Source of the DNA: Candidatus Bathyarchaeota archaeon
GTDB lineage: Archaea > Thermoproteota > Bathyarchaeia > Bathyarchaeales > Bathycorpusculaceae
Direction of reading: 5' to 3'
DNA: 64,000 bases
NCBI GenBank assembly: GCA_029879735.1
Contig: JAOUPS010000001.1
Location: 18,831 to 82,830 of the forward strand
Shown: positions 17,886-27,189 of the stretch, one piece after another
How positions within the stretch are numbered: the first letter of the stretch is position 1
Layout of the letters: the number at the start of each line of letters is the position of its first letter
Position numbers and translations under genes: made by a program
Notes under the pieces: generated by a model
The model's input: only the letters and a program-made list of their open reading frames with translations
What the model was told of the DNA's origin: nothing
The model's database searches: none

Positions 17886-18435
17886 TTCGAAGCTTCATTA
17901 GTTTCCTACCCTCCTCCGCTGCTTTAATATTAATCTCCGCAACAGAAGGGAAGAGGTCTCTTATAGCTTTTTGAAGACTTTCCTCAGCGACTACTTCTGT
18001 TTTCTCTATTAAGGCTCCCAGCATAACCATATTTGCGACCAGCTTTTTCCCCATTCTCGCAGCCATACTCGTGGCCGGAATTTCCACTACCTGAATATCC
18101 TTACGCTTTGGTTTACTTACAACAATATCCGAATCAATTATCAGGCAACCGCCCAGTCTTAAGCCGTCAAGGTATCTTTCAAGGGCTGGTTTAGACATAA
18201 TAACCTGTACATCCGCTTTCTCCATCGTGTAATAGTTTATCATTGTGTCCGAAATGATGATCTCAGATTTGCACTCCCCGCCTCTCGCCTGTTGACCGAA
18301 AGACTGGGTTTGGACAGCATCTTTTCCCTCGCATACCACAGCTGCGTGCCCCAATACTATTGACGCTGTAATTATTCCCTGCCCTCCAAACCCGCCAAAC
18401 CTAATACAAGTTTTTCTTGACATATTTATCACCAA
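17854..18435 (-). CDS. 2-oxoacid:ferredoxin oxidoreductase gamma subunit, operon 1
   Basis: IRFGGFGGQGIITAS N-terminus and SFGQQARGGECKSEIIIS, typical of the POR/KOR gamma subunit. Confidence 0.85.
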   Translation of the reverse strand: MVINMSRKTCIRFGGFGGQGIITASIVLGHAAVVCEGKDAVQTQSFGQQARGGECKSEIIISDTMINYYTMEKADVQVIMSKPALERYLDGLRLGGCLIIDSDIVVSKPKRKDIQVVEIPATSMAARMGKKLVANMVMLGALIEKTEVVAEESLQKAIRDLFPSVAEINIKAAEEGRKLMKLRSGGKNANLHK

Positions 18436-18447
18436 GCAGTCCCTATC

Positions 18448-19272
18448 CTAAACCCTTACCTCTTTCTCCATCTTCTGATACCTCTCTATCAGGGTTTGAG
18501 CACGTTTTTCAAAGAAATCTCCAACAACGATTTTTTCTTTTAGCTCTTCATCGCTGAGTTGACTAGTTTTTTCCTTGGTGATCGAGTTGTTTCGAAGCCA
18601 CAGCAGGTACTCAAGCGGTTTCTCGATTGGTATCTTCAAAACGTATCTGCCGAAATAAGTTGGGCATTGAGACACCATTTCGATGAACGAGAAGCCCTTG
18701 TGTTCTATCCCTTTCTTTATGGAGCGTATAGCGGATCTAGGATGTGCAGTAGTCCACCTACTTACATAGGTAGCTCCAGCAGTCTCTGCAAGTTTGCACA
18801 GGTCAAACGCGTTCTCCATGCTTCCCATAGGTGATGTGGAGGTTCGAGAACCAAGCGGAGTTGTGGGGGCGGCCTGTCCACCGGTCATCCCGAAGATTCC
18901 ATTGTTGACTAGAATAACCGTAACGTCGAGATTCCGCCTTGCAGCTTGAACGAAATGGTTTGTCCCTATTGAGACGCAATCCCCATCGCCTGTTACTACA
19001 ATGACCTTCAATTCGGGATTGGCTAGCCTGATTCCAGTAGCCCACGCTAAAGTTCTGCCGTGTGTGCCATGAACCACCTCTGTATTCATATAAACGGGAA
19101 TCCGCGAGTTACAACCAACTCCACCTAGTAAAACCACCTTATCCATATCCAAGTTCAGTTCCTGCATCGCATAGATGAGATAGTTAAGGACCTGACCACA
19201 ACCACAACCTGGGCAGAACTGATGAGGTAGAACGCCTTTGCGTAGGAACTTTACATTTGGATGTGGTTTCAT
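18448..19272 (-). CDS. 2-oxoacid:ferredoxin oxidoreductase beta subunit (TPP-binding), operon 1
   Basis: FCPGCGCG, VVTGDGDCVSIGTNH and NNGIFGMTGGQ motifs. Confidence 0.9.
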   Translation of the reverse strand: MKPHPNVKFLRKGVLPHQFCPGCGCGQVLNYLIYAMQELNLDMDKVVLLGGVGCNSRIPVYMNTEVVHGTHGRTLAWATGIRLANPELKVIVVTGDGDCVSIGTNHFVQAARRNLDVTVILVNNGIFGMTGGQAAPTTPLGSRTSTSPMGSMENAFDLCKLAETAGATYVSRWTTAHPRSAIRSIKKGIEHKGFSFIEMVSQCPTYFGRYVLKIPIEKPLEYLLWLRNNSITKEKTSQLSDEELKEKIVVGDFFEKRAQTLIERYQKMEKEVRV

Positions 19273-20417
19273 CCTGATTCACCCCTCATCCTCTTAAGTA
19301 TCTCCTCTGGAGAATGTATTTCCCCATTATTCTTTGAAAGCGGAATCACATCAGCCTCTCCACAGGACACCCTTTTAACCTCATTGACGTATTTCCCCAT
19401 GTTCATTTCTGGGACGATTATTTTCTCCACCTTTTCCGCAACATCTCTCAGTAGCCTTTCAGGCACGGGCCACACGGTTGTCAACTTAACGTATCCAGCC
19501 TTGATGCTTTCACTTCTAGCCCTAATCACCGCCTCAAGTGCAGAACTCGATTCCGTTCCATACGAGACGACCGCCAGATCAGCATCATCCAGAAAACGTG
19601 TCTCAAATCTGGCGATCTCATCGGTGTCACGTGTGATCTTGCCACATATCTTATCATAAAGTTTCTCGTACCCATCTGGGTCGGCCTCTACATTCAGTAT
19701 GCGTCCCCTCTCATCGTGGGGGTTGTGTGTGTAGAGAACTCTGTATCCTTCACCGAAACTTGACATTGCAGGAACCCCATTTTCTCCAGCTCTGAAAGGC
19801 AAGTAGTCTTCTGGAGGCCCAGTGGCTGGCTTTCTATTCACCACTTTTATCCTATTTCGCTCAGGGATTTCCAACCTTCCTCTCATATGGCTTATGTTGG
19901 CTTCAGAGATCAGAACAACCGGGTTCCTATACTTTTCGGCGAAGTTGAAGGCCTCAACCGTTAGGTCGAACGCCTCCTGAATGGAGGAAGCAACAAGACA
20001 TATTGTCTCGTAGTCTCCGCTGGCTCCCCACTTCACCTGCATTATGTCGGACTCTGTAGGTTGTATGTCCTGCCTTGTTCTAGGCACATCGACTATCACA
20101 CATGGGACCTCGATTGTCGCGGCAAGTCCTATGCCCTCCTGCATATAGTTGAATCCGGCGCTCGCCGTTGCAGTCATCGCCTTAGCCCCAGCAAGTGAGG
20201 CGCCTATCACCGAAAAGATCGCTCCCATCTCGTCCTCCATCTGAATGAACCTCCCTCCAACCTCAGGCATCCTTCTGGACATTCTCTCCACAATTTCACT
20301 TGCTGGCGTAATAGGGTATCCAGCAAAATATCGGCATCCAGCAGCTATAGCCCCCTCCACAATGGCATGATTGCCCAGCATAAAGTGTGTACCAGAAATC
20401 TCCCCAGATTTATTCAT
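19269..20417 (-). CDS. 2-oxoacid:ferredoxin oxidoreductase alpha subunit, operon 1
   Basis: GNHAIVEGAIAAGCRYFAGYPITPASEI and TATASAGFNYMQEGIG motifs. The 382-aa length fits four-subunit KOR/POR-type enzymes. Confidence 0.9.
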   Translation of the reverse strand: MNKSGEISGTHFMLGNHAIVEGAIAAGCRYFAGYPITPASEIVERMSRRMPEVGGRFIQMEDEMGAIFSVIGASLAGAKAMTATASAGFNYMQEGIGLAATIEVPCVIVDVPRTRQDIQPTESDIMQVKWGASGDYETICLVASSIQEAFDLTVEAFNFAEKYRNPVVLISEANISHMRGRLEIPERNRIKVVNRKPATGPPEDYLPFRAGENGVPAMSSFGEGYRVLYTHNPHDERGRILNVEADPDGYEKLYDKICGKITRDTDEIARFETRFLDDADLAVVSYGTESSSALEAVIRARSESIKAGYVKLTTVWPVPERLLRDVAEKVEKIIVPEMNMGKYVNEVKRVSCGEADVIPLSKNNGEIHSPEEILKRMRGESG

Positions 20418-20453
20418 ACTTACCCCTTCGTGTTCTATTCAACAGAATAAATC

Positions 20454-21647
20454 TTAAAGCTTTTCTAGAACACTACGAATTCTTGGAATAGCTTCTTCGA
20501 GCTCATCCATCGGTCTCGAATAAACCATTCTCGCATATCCTCTGCCCAAGTCGCCGAAAGCTGTTCCGGGAACCGCAAGCACGTGAGCCTCCTTTAGCAG
20601 GTATTCTGCAAATTCCTCTGAAGAGAACTTTGTCTCAACTATTTTTGGAAACGCGTAAAAGGCTCCTTTAGGCATCCAACAGGAAAGTTTATCTGTTTTG
20701 TTCAGCTCGTTTACGAAATAATCCCTACATTCTTTGTATGCCTTAACCATCCACTTGACCTCTTCTTCACATTCCTTAAGGGCTACAATACCTGCCTTCT
20801 CAACAAAAGAGGTAGGATGAGTTACTGAATGTTGCTGAACCTTCAACATATTATCAATTATCTCTTTCTTTGCAGCAGCATACCCAAGTCTCCAACCCGT
20901 CATTGAATATGCCTTTGAAAACCCGTTAACGGTAATTGTTCTGTCTTTCATTTCTGGAAAAGAGGCGATGCTGTAGTGTTGAACCCCATCATAAACTATT
21001 TTCTCATATATTTCATCTGTTATTACAAGCAAATTACAGTCCTTAGCTATGTCGGCGATCATCTTTAGATCTTCCTTTGGAAACACTGCGCCTACCGGGT
21101 TATTTGGTGAGTTTAGTATTACCGCTTTTGTTTTCTCTGTGATTTTCTCCTTTATTTCCTCTTCATCTAATCTAAAATCCCTAGTTTCAAGTAGGTTTAC
21201 CGATACCTGTTTTCCCCCAGCCACAATAACCATCGCTTGATAGCTAACATAGCCAGGCTCTGGAATAAGTACTTCGTCACCCGGATTTAGAACTGTCAAA
21301 AAAGCTGTAAATAAAGCTTGTTTTGCCCCCACAGTTACAATTACTTCAGATTCTTGCACATCGATTTTGTTTTCAGTTCTCAATTTTTCAGCAACAGCCT
21401 GTCGTAGTTCCTTTAGGCCTGCACTTGAAACATAATGAACAAAACCTTCATCTAGAGCTTCCTTTGCTGCTAACTTAATTTTCTCCGGAGTGTCAAAGTA
21501 AGGCTCTCCCTCTGAGAGGTCAATAACATCTACACCTGCCTGCCTTAAAGCCCTAGCCTTGTCAGGTAACGCGACTGTCTCTGAAGGATTCAACATTTTA
21601 ACCCTATCTGCTATAACATTGCTAGTCGATATCATACTTAACCACAA
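20454..21647 (-). CDS. class I aspartate aminotransferase-like
   Basis: GEPYFDTP, NSPNNPVG and NGFSKAYSMTGWRLGY motifs. Confidence 0.85.
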   Translation of the reverse strand: MWLSMISTSNVIADRVKMLNPSETVALPDKARALRQAGVDVIDLSEGEPYFDTPEKIKLAAKEALDEGFVHYVSSAGLKELRQAVAEKLRTENKIDVQESEVIVTVGAKQALFTAFLTVLNPGDEVLIPEPGYVSYQAMVIVAGGKQVSVNLLETRDFRLDEEEIKEKITEKTKAVILNSPNNPVGAVFPKEDLKMIADIAKDCNLLVITDEIYEKIVYDGVQHYSIASFPEMKDRTITVNGFSKAYSMTGWRLGYAAAKKEIIDNMLKVQQHSVTHPTSFVEKAGIVALKECEEEVKWMVKAYKECRDYFVNELNKTDKLSCWMPKGAFYAFPKIVETKFSSEEFAEYLLKEAHVLAVPGTAFGDLGRGYARMVYSRPMDELEEAIPRIRSVLEKL

Positions 21648-21792
21648 ATTGACGATATAACTAGAAGATTTAAAACTTCTTGTCTGTTTTCTCTGGGGTT
21701 ATGATGAGTAAGCTTTCAAAGGGAATGCCAGTCTCATTCTCTTCTCTTGGTCTGGGACATTTCTCTCCTTCGAAGCATGCTCTTCAGCTCAG

Positions 21793-21933
21793 CTAGCGCA
21801 CGCTCCTTGTTATGCTTTCCAGTTTTTTCATTGCTAGGAGTAACATGTTGCTGATGATTATATCTGGTCTTGTATTCAGCTTTTCAGCTATTTTCTCAAC
21901 CTTCACGTAGAACCGCTTGACAAACGACTGGTT
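21793..21933 (-). pseudogene. C-terminal remnant of the ParB-like gene family (copy C)
   Basis: The minus-strand frame reads NQSFVKRFYVKVEKIAEKLNTRPDIIISNMLLLAMKKLESITRSVR-stop. This is clearly homologous to the last ~45 aa of ORFs 41203..41934 and 35372..35722. There is no start codon, and the stop lies within CTAGCGCAC. Confidence 0.7.
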
Positions 21934-21978
21934 TCATGGGCTGGTTTGGCTTCTGGCATTCGGCAGTCAGGTGACAAG

Positions 21979-21988
21979 GCGCGCGCGC
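21979..21988. repeat. (GC)5 motif locus
   Basis: aagGCGCGCGCGCtgg, between the ParB-like remnant and the nuclease-like fragment. Confidence 0.9.
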
Positions 21989-22022
21989 TGGAATAGATGT
22001 ATCTCCAACTGCATGCAAACTA

Positions 22023-22424
22023 ATGGTAAAGAGAATGCGAAAATTGAATGTGCAGATTACGGAAAACGACATTATCGGTCTTCCTAAAACAGTGGAAGAA
22101 CTGAAGGTCATGCAACCTTTCGAGTTTCAAAATTGGGTTGTACAAAAACTCTCCGCGAGGTCAACAAGAAGGAAGGGTGGTGATATGGGTATAAATGGTT
22201 GGTTACTGGATGGGAGACCATTACAGATCAAACAATCAGAAAATATTGGAAGAAACGTTATCGACAATTTTGAAACCGCTATGAGAAGACAAGGAAGAAC
22301 AAAAGGTATGATTATCGCTTTCAGTTTTGGGAAAGGTGCATACGAAGAGGTTGCAAGAGCAAAACAAGAGGAAGGTCTTGAAATACAGCTAAAAACGGTA
22401 GAACAACTTCTGAAAGAAATTTGA
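22023..22424 (+). CDS. restriction-endonuclease-like (Mrr_cat/PD-(D/E)xK) domain protein, probably the C-terminal fragment of a DNA methyltransferase fusion
   Basis: PFEFQNWVV...GGDMGINGW...LQIKQSENIGRNVIDNFETAM...KGMIIAFSFGKGAYEE resembles the C-terminal nuclease-like module of archaeal N4/N6 methylases. The open frame begins right at the (GC)5 tract 21979-21988. Confidence 0.5.
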   Translation: MVKRMRKLNVQITENDIIGLPKTVEELKVMQPFEFQNWVVQKLSARSTRRKGGDMGINGWLLDGRPLQIKQSENIGRNVIDNFETAMRRQGRTKGMIIAFSFGKGAYEEVARAKQEEGLEIQLKTVEQLLKEI

Positions 22425-22479
22425 TTTCTTCATCACATCAGACTTAACAGTATCCCTTAAAGCAAAAGTTTTTATGTAA

Positions 22480-23958
22480 ATGCACGCTGACGTAAGAAAG
22501 AAAACTGGAGGTATGCCTTTGAAAATGCAGAAACACAAATTTAAAATGTATGCAAGGCTCTTTAAAAAGAAATCTCAAATTTTGGAAGAGGCAAACGAAG
22601 CCGCTAAAGCTATCGGTATTCCCAAAGAACTTAAAGGTCAAATTGGGTTATACGGAGGAGATTCAAGTGTTCCAAAACCTTTAGTGAAAGAGATTAGAAG
22701 AAGCGTTGCAGAAGTACAAAAGAAAACCATAAAAAACAAGATCTTGTTAGACCAGTTAAGAGAGATAGTGAAAGACTTCTATGGTGATATGTATGACGCG
22801 GTTCCGGTGAGTACCTGTGAAGCAGGTTTATGGATAGCATTTGATGTTCTAGTCTCTCCCCCTTTCCAGGGAAGAGGTCAGAGCTATAGAGGAAGATATA
22901 TTGTACCCTACGAAAGAGTATTGCGGTATCATGGGGCTTTTGGCAGGCCTTTTCCACCGAAATATAAAGATTTATATACAGATAGAGGCGTTGAGAGCGG
23001 GCAATTTGGGTTTTCTGGCAAGATATTATGTGACCTGGACACAATTATAGTTCCTCTAATTGGAGCAAAATACGAACCTCATGGAATAAAATATTACACA
23101 GCTACCCTATTAAGCAAAGTAGACCCCAAGGCGTCAGCGAAAGAAATGGAAGAAGTGGCAAGAAGACATGCGCCTTTTCTTACAGCTTTCTGCTCTTTAG
23201 GCTATGATACTCCAGGATATGGTTATGGTATCAAGGATGAAAGAGGAACCCCCCTACTACAAAAACTGATTGGAAAATTAGCTGATGAATTTGATGTACC
23301 ATACATTACTGATAACGCGATGGGTGTACCAGTTTTTGGAACCGACCTACGCAAGACTGGAGCAGATTTGATACTGTATAGCATGGATAAGTCGCTTGCG
23401 CCGACTAGTGGGCTCATTATCGGCAAGGAAGATTTAATGGTTCAAATTCGAAGAGCGTTAGGAATGACATCACCCGGAAAAGCTGCCTATACATTCGCCG
23501 ATGCCGGAAAGGATGCCATTGCTGGACAAATTGCTATGCTAAAAATGCTCAGAGACAAACCAAAAGAGATACTGAAACCTATAGATGAGTTATACAAAAT
23601 TGTTATTGACGAATTTGATGGAATTGAGCCTCATCTTAAAGAAGGTATAATAATTTCAAAATCAATTAACACGAGAGGCGTTGAAATTGATTACGAAGGA
23701 ACATGGAAAGATGGAGAATTTGGAATTCCAATATTCTCTGCTGAGGACAGCGTTTTTGGAACCAATTTAATAGTGCTAGCCTTGAAAAGAATGGGAATTC
23801 TGCCATCAATTACTTACGATGGTAATCTTTGGATAGACCCAGGTCAAGGAACTACAGATGACGAAGGCCAACTAATCGAAAAAAGAATGAGAATGGCGGT
23901 AAGAGGCTTAGTTAAATCTTTAGAAATAGTTTCTAAGTGGGCAGGAATAATCAAATGA
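22480..23958 (+). CDS. SelA-like fold-type-I PLP-dependent protein (L-seryl-tRNA(Sec) selenium transferase-related/UPF0425-like)
   Basis: YSMDKSLAPTSGLIIGKEDLM resembles the SelA/DgaE Lys-loop FSGDKLLGGPQAGIIVGKK. The true start is probably an internal Met near nt 22513-22525, downstream of a TATA-like gtttttatgtaaa. Confidence 0.5.
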   Translation: MHADVRKKTGGMPLKMQKHKFKMYARLFKKKSQILEEANEAAKAIGIPKELKGQIGLYGGDSSVPKPLVKEIRRSVAEVQKKTIKNKILLDQLREIVKDFYGDMYDAVPVSTCEAGLWIAFDVLVSPPFQGRGQSYRGRYIVPYERVLRYHGAFGRPFPPKYKDLYTDRGVESGQFGFSGKILCDLDTIIVPLIGAKYEPHGIKYYTATLLSKVDPKASAKEMEEVARRHAPFLTAFCSLGYDTPGYGYGIKDERGTPLLQKLIGKLADEFDVPYITDNAMGVPVFGTDLRKTGADLILYSMDKSLAPTSGLIIGKEDLMVQIRRALGMTSPGKAAYTFADAGKDAIAGQIAMLKMLRDKPKEILKPIDELYKIVIDEFDGIEPHLKEGIIISKSINTRGVEIDYEGTWKDGEFGIPIFSAEDSVFGTNLIVLALKRMGILPSITYDGNLWIDPGQGTTDDEGQLIEKRMRMAVRGLVKSLEIVSKWAGIIK

Positions 23959-24057
23959 ATCTTGTGAAATCCAAGGTTTTTTAATCCTTTCTCTTTTCTA
24001 TAATGTGTTAGCGCTAACCTATTATATGCGTCCTAAAATAATTAAATACAGTATAGG

Positions 24058-24510
24058 TTGGGACTTAAAATACATAAAGTTGAGCCATATAAAAAAGGAA
24101 TGATCAAGAAGACTCCATTTGTACGAAGAGGTAACGTTGCAGGAAGGCTCGTAGCCATAATGGACTTGAAATTAGATAACAGGGAACTAGAATTAATAAG
24201 TCCTATTTCAAGAGTCATAAAAGTGGGTGAGATACATGAGATAGTTACGACGGAAGAGCAAAGCACCAAAGTATGCAACAAAGTGGGGTATATAGGGTTC
24301 TTTGAAGTTATGAGGGGTGGTGTCTTAGAAGTTGGAGACACTATTTTAATAAAGGAGAGGACTGTAGGTGAAATCTTAGGTTTCAATAACGCTCACATGC
24401 CCAACCATATGAACATTGTAATAAAGGTTAAGAAAAGAGCTACTGGTGTTAAACTAAACCTAAAATTAGACGATAGTGTGTTGATTAAAGGCAGGCGAAA
24501 AAGAAGCTAA
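24058..24510 (+). CDS. hypothetical small beta-rich protein
   Basis: 150-aa ORF co-directional with the SelA-like gene. TATA-like cctattatatgc lies upstream. No confident family assignment. Confidence 0.4.
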   Translation: MGLKIHKVEPYKKGMIKKTPFVRRGNVAGRLVAIMDLKLDNRELELISPISRVIKVGEIHEIVTTEEQSTKVCNKVGYIGFFEVMRGGVLEVGDTILIKERTVGEILGFNNAHMPNHMNIVIKVKKRATGVKLNLKLDDSVLIKGRRKRS

Positions 24511-24532
24511 ATTTCAGGACATCTGGTGCCCG

Positions 24533-25534
24533 CTATGACTTTGGTATAACCTTCGGATTAGCTATAAACAATGGTTTCTTTCCCTGAAAAACTCTTAAGA
24601 CTTCTTCAGCTGCAGTGAATGCTTCTCTTCTGAATGCTTCATACGTAAAGGAAGCCGAATGAGGTGAAAGTATAACATTATCCAACCATAGTAATGGACT
24701 ATCAGGTCTTATAGGCTCCTCTTTAAACACATCTAATCCCGCTCCTGTTATCCATCCTTTTTTCAGCGCTTTAATTAGAGCTTTTTCGTTTATTATCGCT
24801 CCTCTAGCAGTGTTGATAATGATGGCGCTTTTTTTCATAAGCTTAAGTTCCTCCTCTCCAATCAGATGATAGGTATCATCTCTTAAGCCTGTATGGACAG
24901 TTACAATATCTGATTTTGTTAATAGAGTGTTAAGATCCACCAGTGTTGCACCGACTCGTTTTGCATTTTCTTGCGCTTTTGTATAGGCTAACAATTCTAC
25001 TCCGAATCCTCTGAGTTTTTCGGCAACTTTACAACCGACACTTCCGAGTCCAACAATCCCTACAGTCTTCCCTAAGAGTTCGTATCCTAACAAATTCGTG
25101 TCTCTCCATTCTGCTCTCCTTAACCGAAAGTGATTTGTACAAAGATTTTTCAACAAGGCAAGAATAAGACCTATCGTGTGTTCCGCTACACTATCAGAGT
25201 TAGCGCCCGGAGTGTAACAAATTAATATTCCTTTTTCACTTGCTGCCTCGTAATCGACGTTATCTGTCCCGGGTTTTGACCCATACTTGACGACTACCTT
25301 CAGTTTTTCGCCTTTTTCTATTACTTTCCTTGTGATGTGATGTTGGGATGTGATAATTATGGCGTCAACGTCCCTTATTTCATCAATCAAAAGATTTTCA
25401 TCATAAACTTTATCGACCTCACCAACCTTCACTTCCGCTATTTCCTCAAGTATACTGTGTGATTCCTCCCATTCTGGTTCCGGAATCAATACTTTAAACT
25501 TCTTTCCCATAAAATTCACCCAGCATGCACGCAA
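24533..25534 (-). CDS. D-isomer-specific 2-hydroxyacid dehydrogenase (phosphoglycerate dehydrogenase/glyoxylate reductase-like)
   Basis: GKTVGIVGLGSVGCKVA NAD motif, INTARGAIINEKAL, AGLDVFKEEP and SPHSAS motifs. The true start is probably MGKKFKVL. Confidence 0.85.
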   Translation of the reverse strand: MRACWVNFMGKKFKVLIPEPEWEESHSILEEIAEVKVGEVDKVYDENLLIDEIRDVDAIIITSQHHITRKVIEKGEKLKVVVKYGSKPGTDNVDYEAASEKGILICYTPGANSDSVAEHTIGLILALLKNLCTNHFRLRRAEWRDTNLLGYELLGKTVGIVGLGSVGCKVAEKLRGFGVELLAYTKAQENAKRVGATLVDLNTLLTKSDIVTVHTGLRDDTYHLIGEEELKLMKKSAIIINTARGAIINEKALIKALKKGWITGAGLDVFKEEPIRPDSPLLWLDNVILSPHSASFTYEAFRREAFTAAEEVLRVFQGKKPLFIANPKVIPKS

Positions 25535-25790
25535 CTATCACATAAATCTTGTTTTGACTTTAAAACTTTTTGATATACAAGATTCGATTATTTAGAAGAA
25601 TTGCACCATGACTAACTAGAACTTTTTCTCCTATTTGTGCCGGATGATGTTCTGAAGCCTCAATTAATGCGTGATCTAAAACCGCTGAAGAACGATTTAA
25701 CAGAACAATCTGATAGAATCATTCTTCTTCTTGGATTATAGAATATGGCCAAACGCTAATTTTTCTTCTCGATAATGACTTTGCCAATCA

Positions 25791-25800
25791 CTAACGCGCG
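25791..25800. repeat. CTAA-(CG)3 motif locus
   Basis: CTAACGCGCGttt, about 25 nt downstream of the stop of the operon-2 gamma subunit gene. Confidence 0.85.
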
Positions 25801-25825
25801 TTTCACATTTAATCGTCTAACATGC

Positions 25826-26362
25826 TTATTCAGCTAGCTCAAGACCCTTCTTTAAGGCTTCTATGTTTATTTTCTTGGTTTCTTTAGGAACACTATCTTC
25901 AATAGACTTTATGAGGGATTTATTCGTGACGATTTTTGTAAGGGCTATCAACACACCCACCATTATCATGTTGGCTACTATAGGTTGCTTCAGTTCTTTT
26001 GAAGCTATTCTTGTAGCAGGGATCTTTAATATTTCAAATTCTTTACTTAGAGTATGTTTGGGTTTGACTATATCCTCATCGACTATTACTATGCCATTTG
26101 ACTTTACCTTGCTGATGTATCGGTCGAATGCCAGTTGCGACATTGCGATTAACACGTCAGCTTCAATCACCATCTGATAATCTATTTCTTCATCAGCCAC
26201 TATAATCTCAGATCTAGCCGCTCCACCCCTTGCTTCAGCTCCATAAGACCTAGTTTGAACCGCTTTTTTGCCATCATAAACTGCGGCTTTACCAAGTACG
26301 GCTCCAGCCAGTAACGTGCCTTGCCCGCCAAATCCTCCAATGATCATCTCTACCCTTGTCAA
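25826..26362 (-). CDS. 2-oxoacid:ferredoxin oxidoreductase gamma subunit, operon 2
   Basis: IGGFGGQGTLLAG and SYGAEARGGAARSEIIVA motifs. Confidence 0.85.
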   Translation of the reverse strand: MTRVEMIIGGFGGQGTLLAGAVLGKAAVYDGKKAVQTRSYGAEARGGAARSEIIVADEEIDYQMVIEADVLIAMSQLAFDRYISKVKSNGIVIVDEDIVKPKHTLSKEFEILKIPATRIASKELKQPIVANMIMVGVLIALTKIVTNKSLIKSIEDSVPKETKKINIEALKKGLELAE

Positions 26363-27189
26363 GCTTGCACCTCATTTAGTAATTTTTTGTAAGCCTTAGT
26401 GAGTCCAACTCTTTCTCTATCAACAAACTCTCCAACTACTATACGCCCTTCAAGTTCCTCTTCACTCATAGACTTCGCTTTACTTATCGGAAGTGAAGAA
26501 TCCCTTAACATCAATAACATTTTAGCAGGGTCTCTAATGCCTATGAATCTTCCGTATTGGACAGGACATTGAGACATAACTTCTATGAATGAGAAACCTT
26601 CCTTCAAAAGTCCCCTCTTCATAGATGAAACTAACTGTTTCACGTGAAAAGTTGTCCATCGGACTACATAGGAGGCGCCAGCAGCTTCAACAAGTTTGCA
26701 AAGATCGAAGGGATACTCTAGATTTCCATAAGGGGTGGTTCTCGTCTTCATACCATGAGGAGTTGTGGGTGCAACTTGTCCCCCGGTCATTCCGTAAATA
26801 CGGTTGTTGATTAGAATTGCCAAAATTTCGATGTTTTTCCTAGCAGCATGTATTAGATGATTGCCACCTATTGCAGCACCATCTCCATCTCCGGTAAACA
26901 CCACGACACGCAAATCAGGATTGCTTAGTTTAACGCCCGTTGCGAAAGCTAAGGGTCTTCCGTGTATTGTATGAAGGACATCCGTGTTAAAGAATGGGCT
27001 TGGAATCCAACTGCTACAACCGATACCAGACACAAACACCATTTTTCCAAAGTCTAGATCTAACTCCTCGATAGCCCTTAACATACACTGAGCTATTATG
27101 CCGTTTCCACATCCCGCACAGTGAGGTTGGCGCTGTGCACCTTTCCTAGCATACTTTGCTATTAATGGATGAAGCTGTGTCTCACTCAT
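26359..27189 (-). CDS. 2-oxoacid:ferredoxin oxidoreductase beta subunit, operon 2
   Basis: HCAGCGNG, VFTGDGDGAAIGGNH and NNRIYGMTGGQ motifs. Confidence 0.9.
   Translation of the reverse strand: MSETQLHPLIAKYARKGAQRQPHCAGCGNGIIAQCMLRAIEELDLDFGKMVFVSGIGCSSWIPSPFFNTDVLHTIHGRPLAFATGVKLSNPDLRVVVFTGDGDGAAIGGNHLIHAARKNIEILAILINNRIYGMTGGQVAPTTPHGMKTRTTPYGNLEYPFDLCKLVEAAGASYVVRWTTFHVKQLVSSMKRGLLKEGFSFIEVMSQCPVQYGRFIGIRDPAKMLLMLRDSSLPISKAKSMSEEELEGRIVVGEFVDRERVGLTKAYKKLLNEVQA

Noticed and set aside
21689-21760. Possible C/D-box sRNA (ATGATGA at 21689)
   Set aside because: There is no CTGA D or D-prime box at the expected spacing and no terminal complementary stem.
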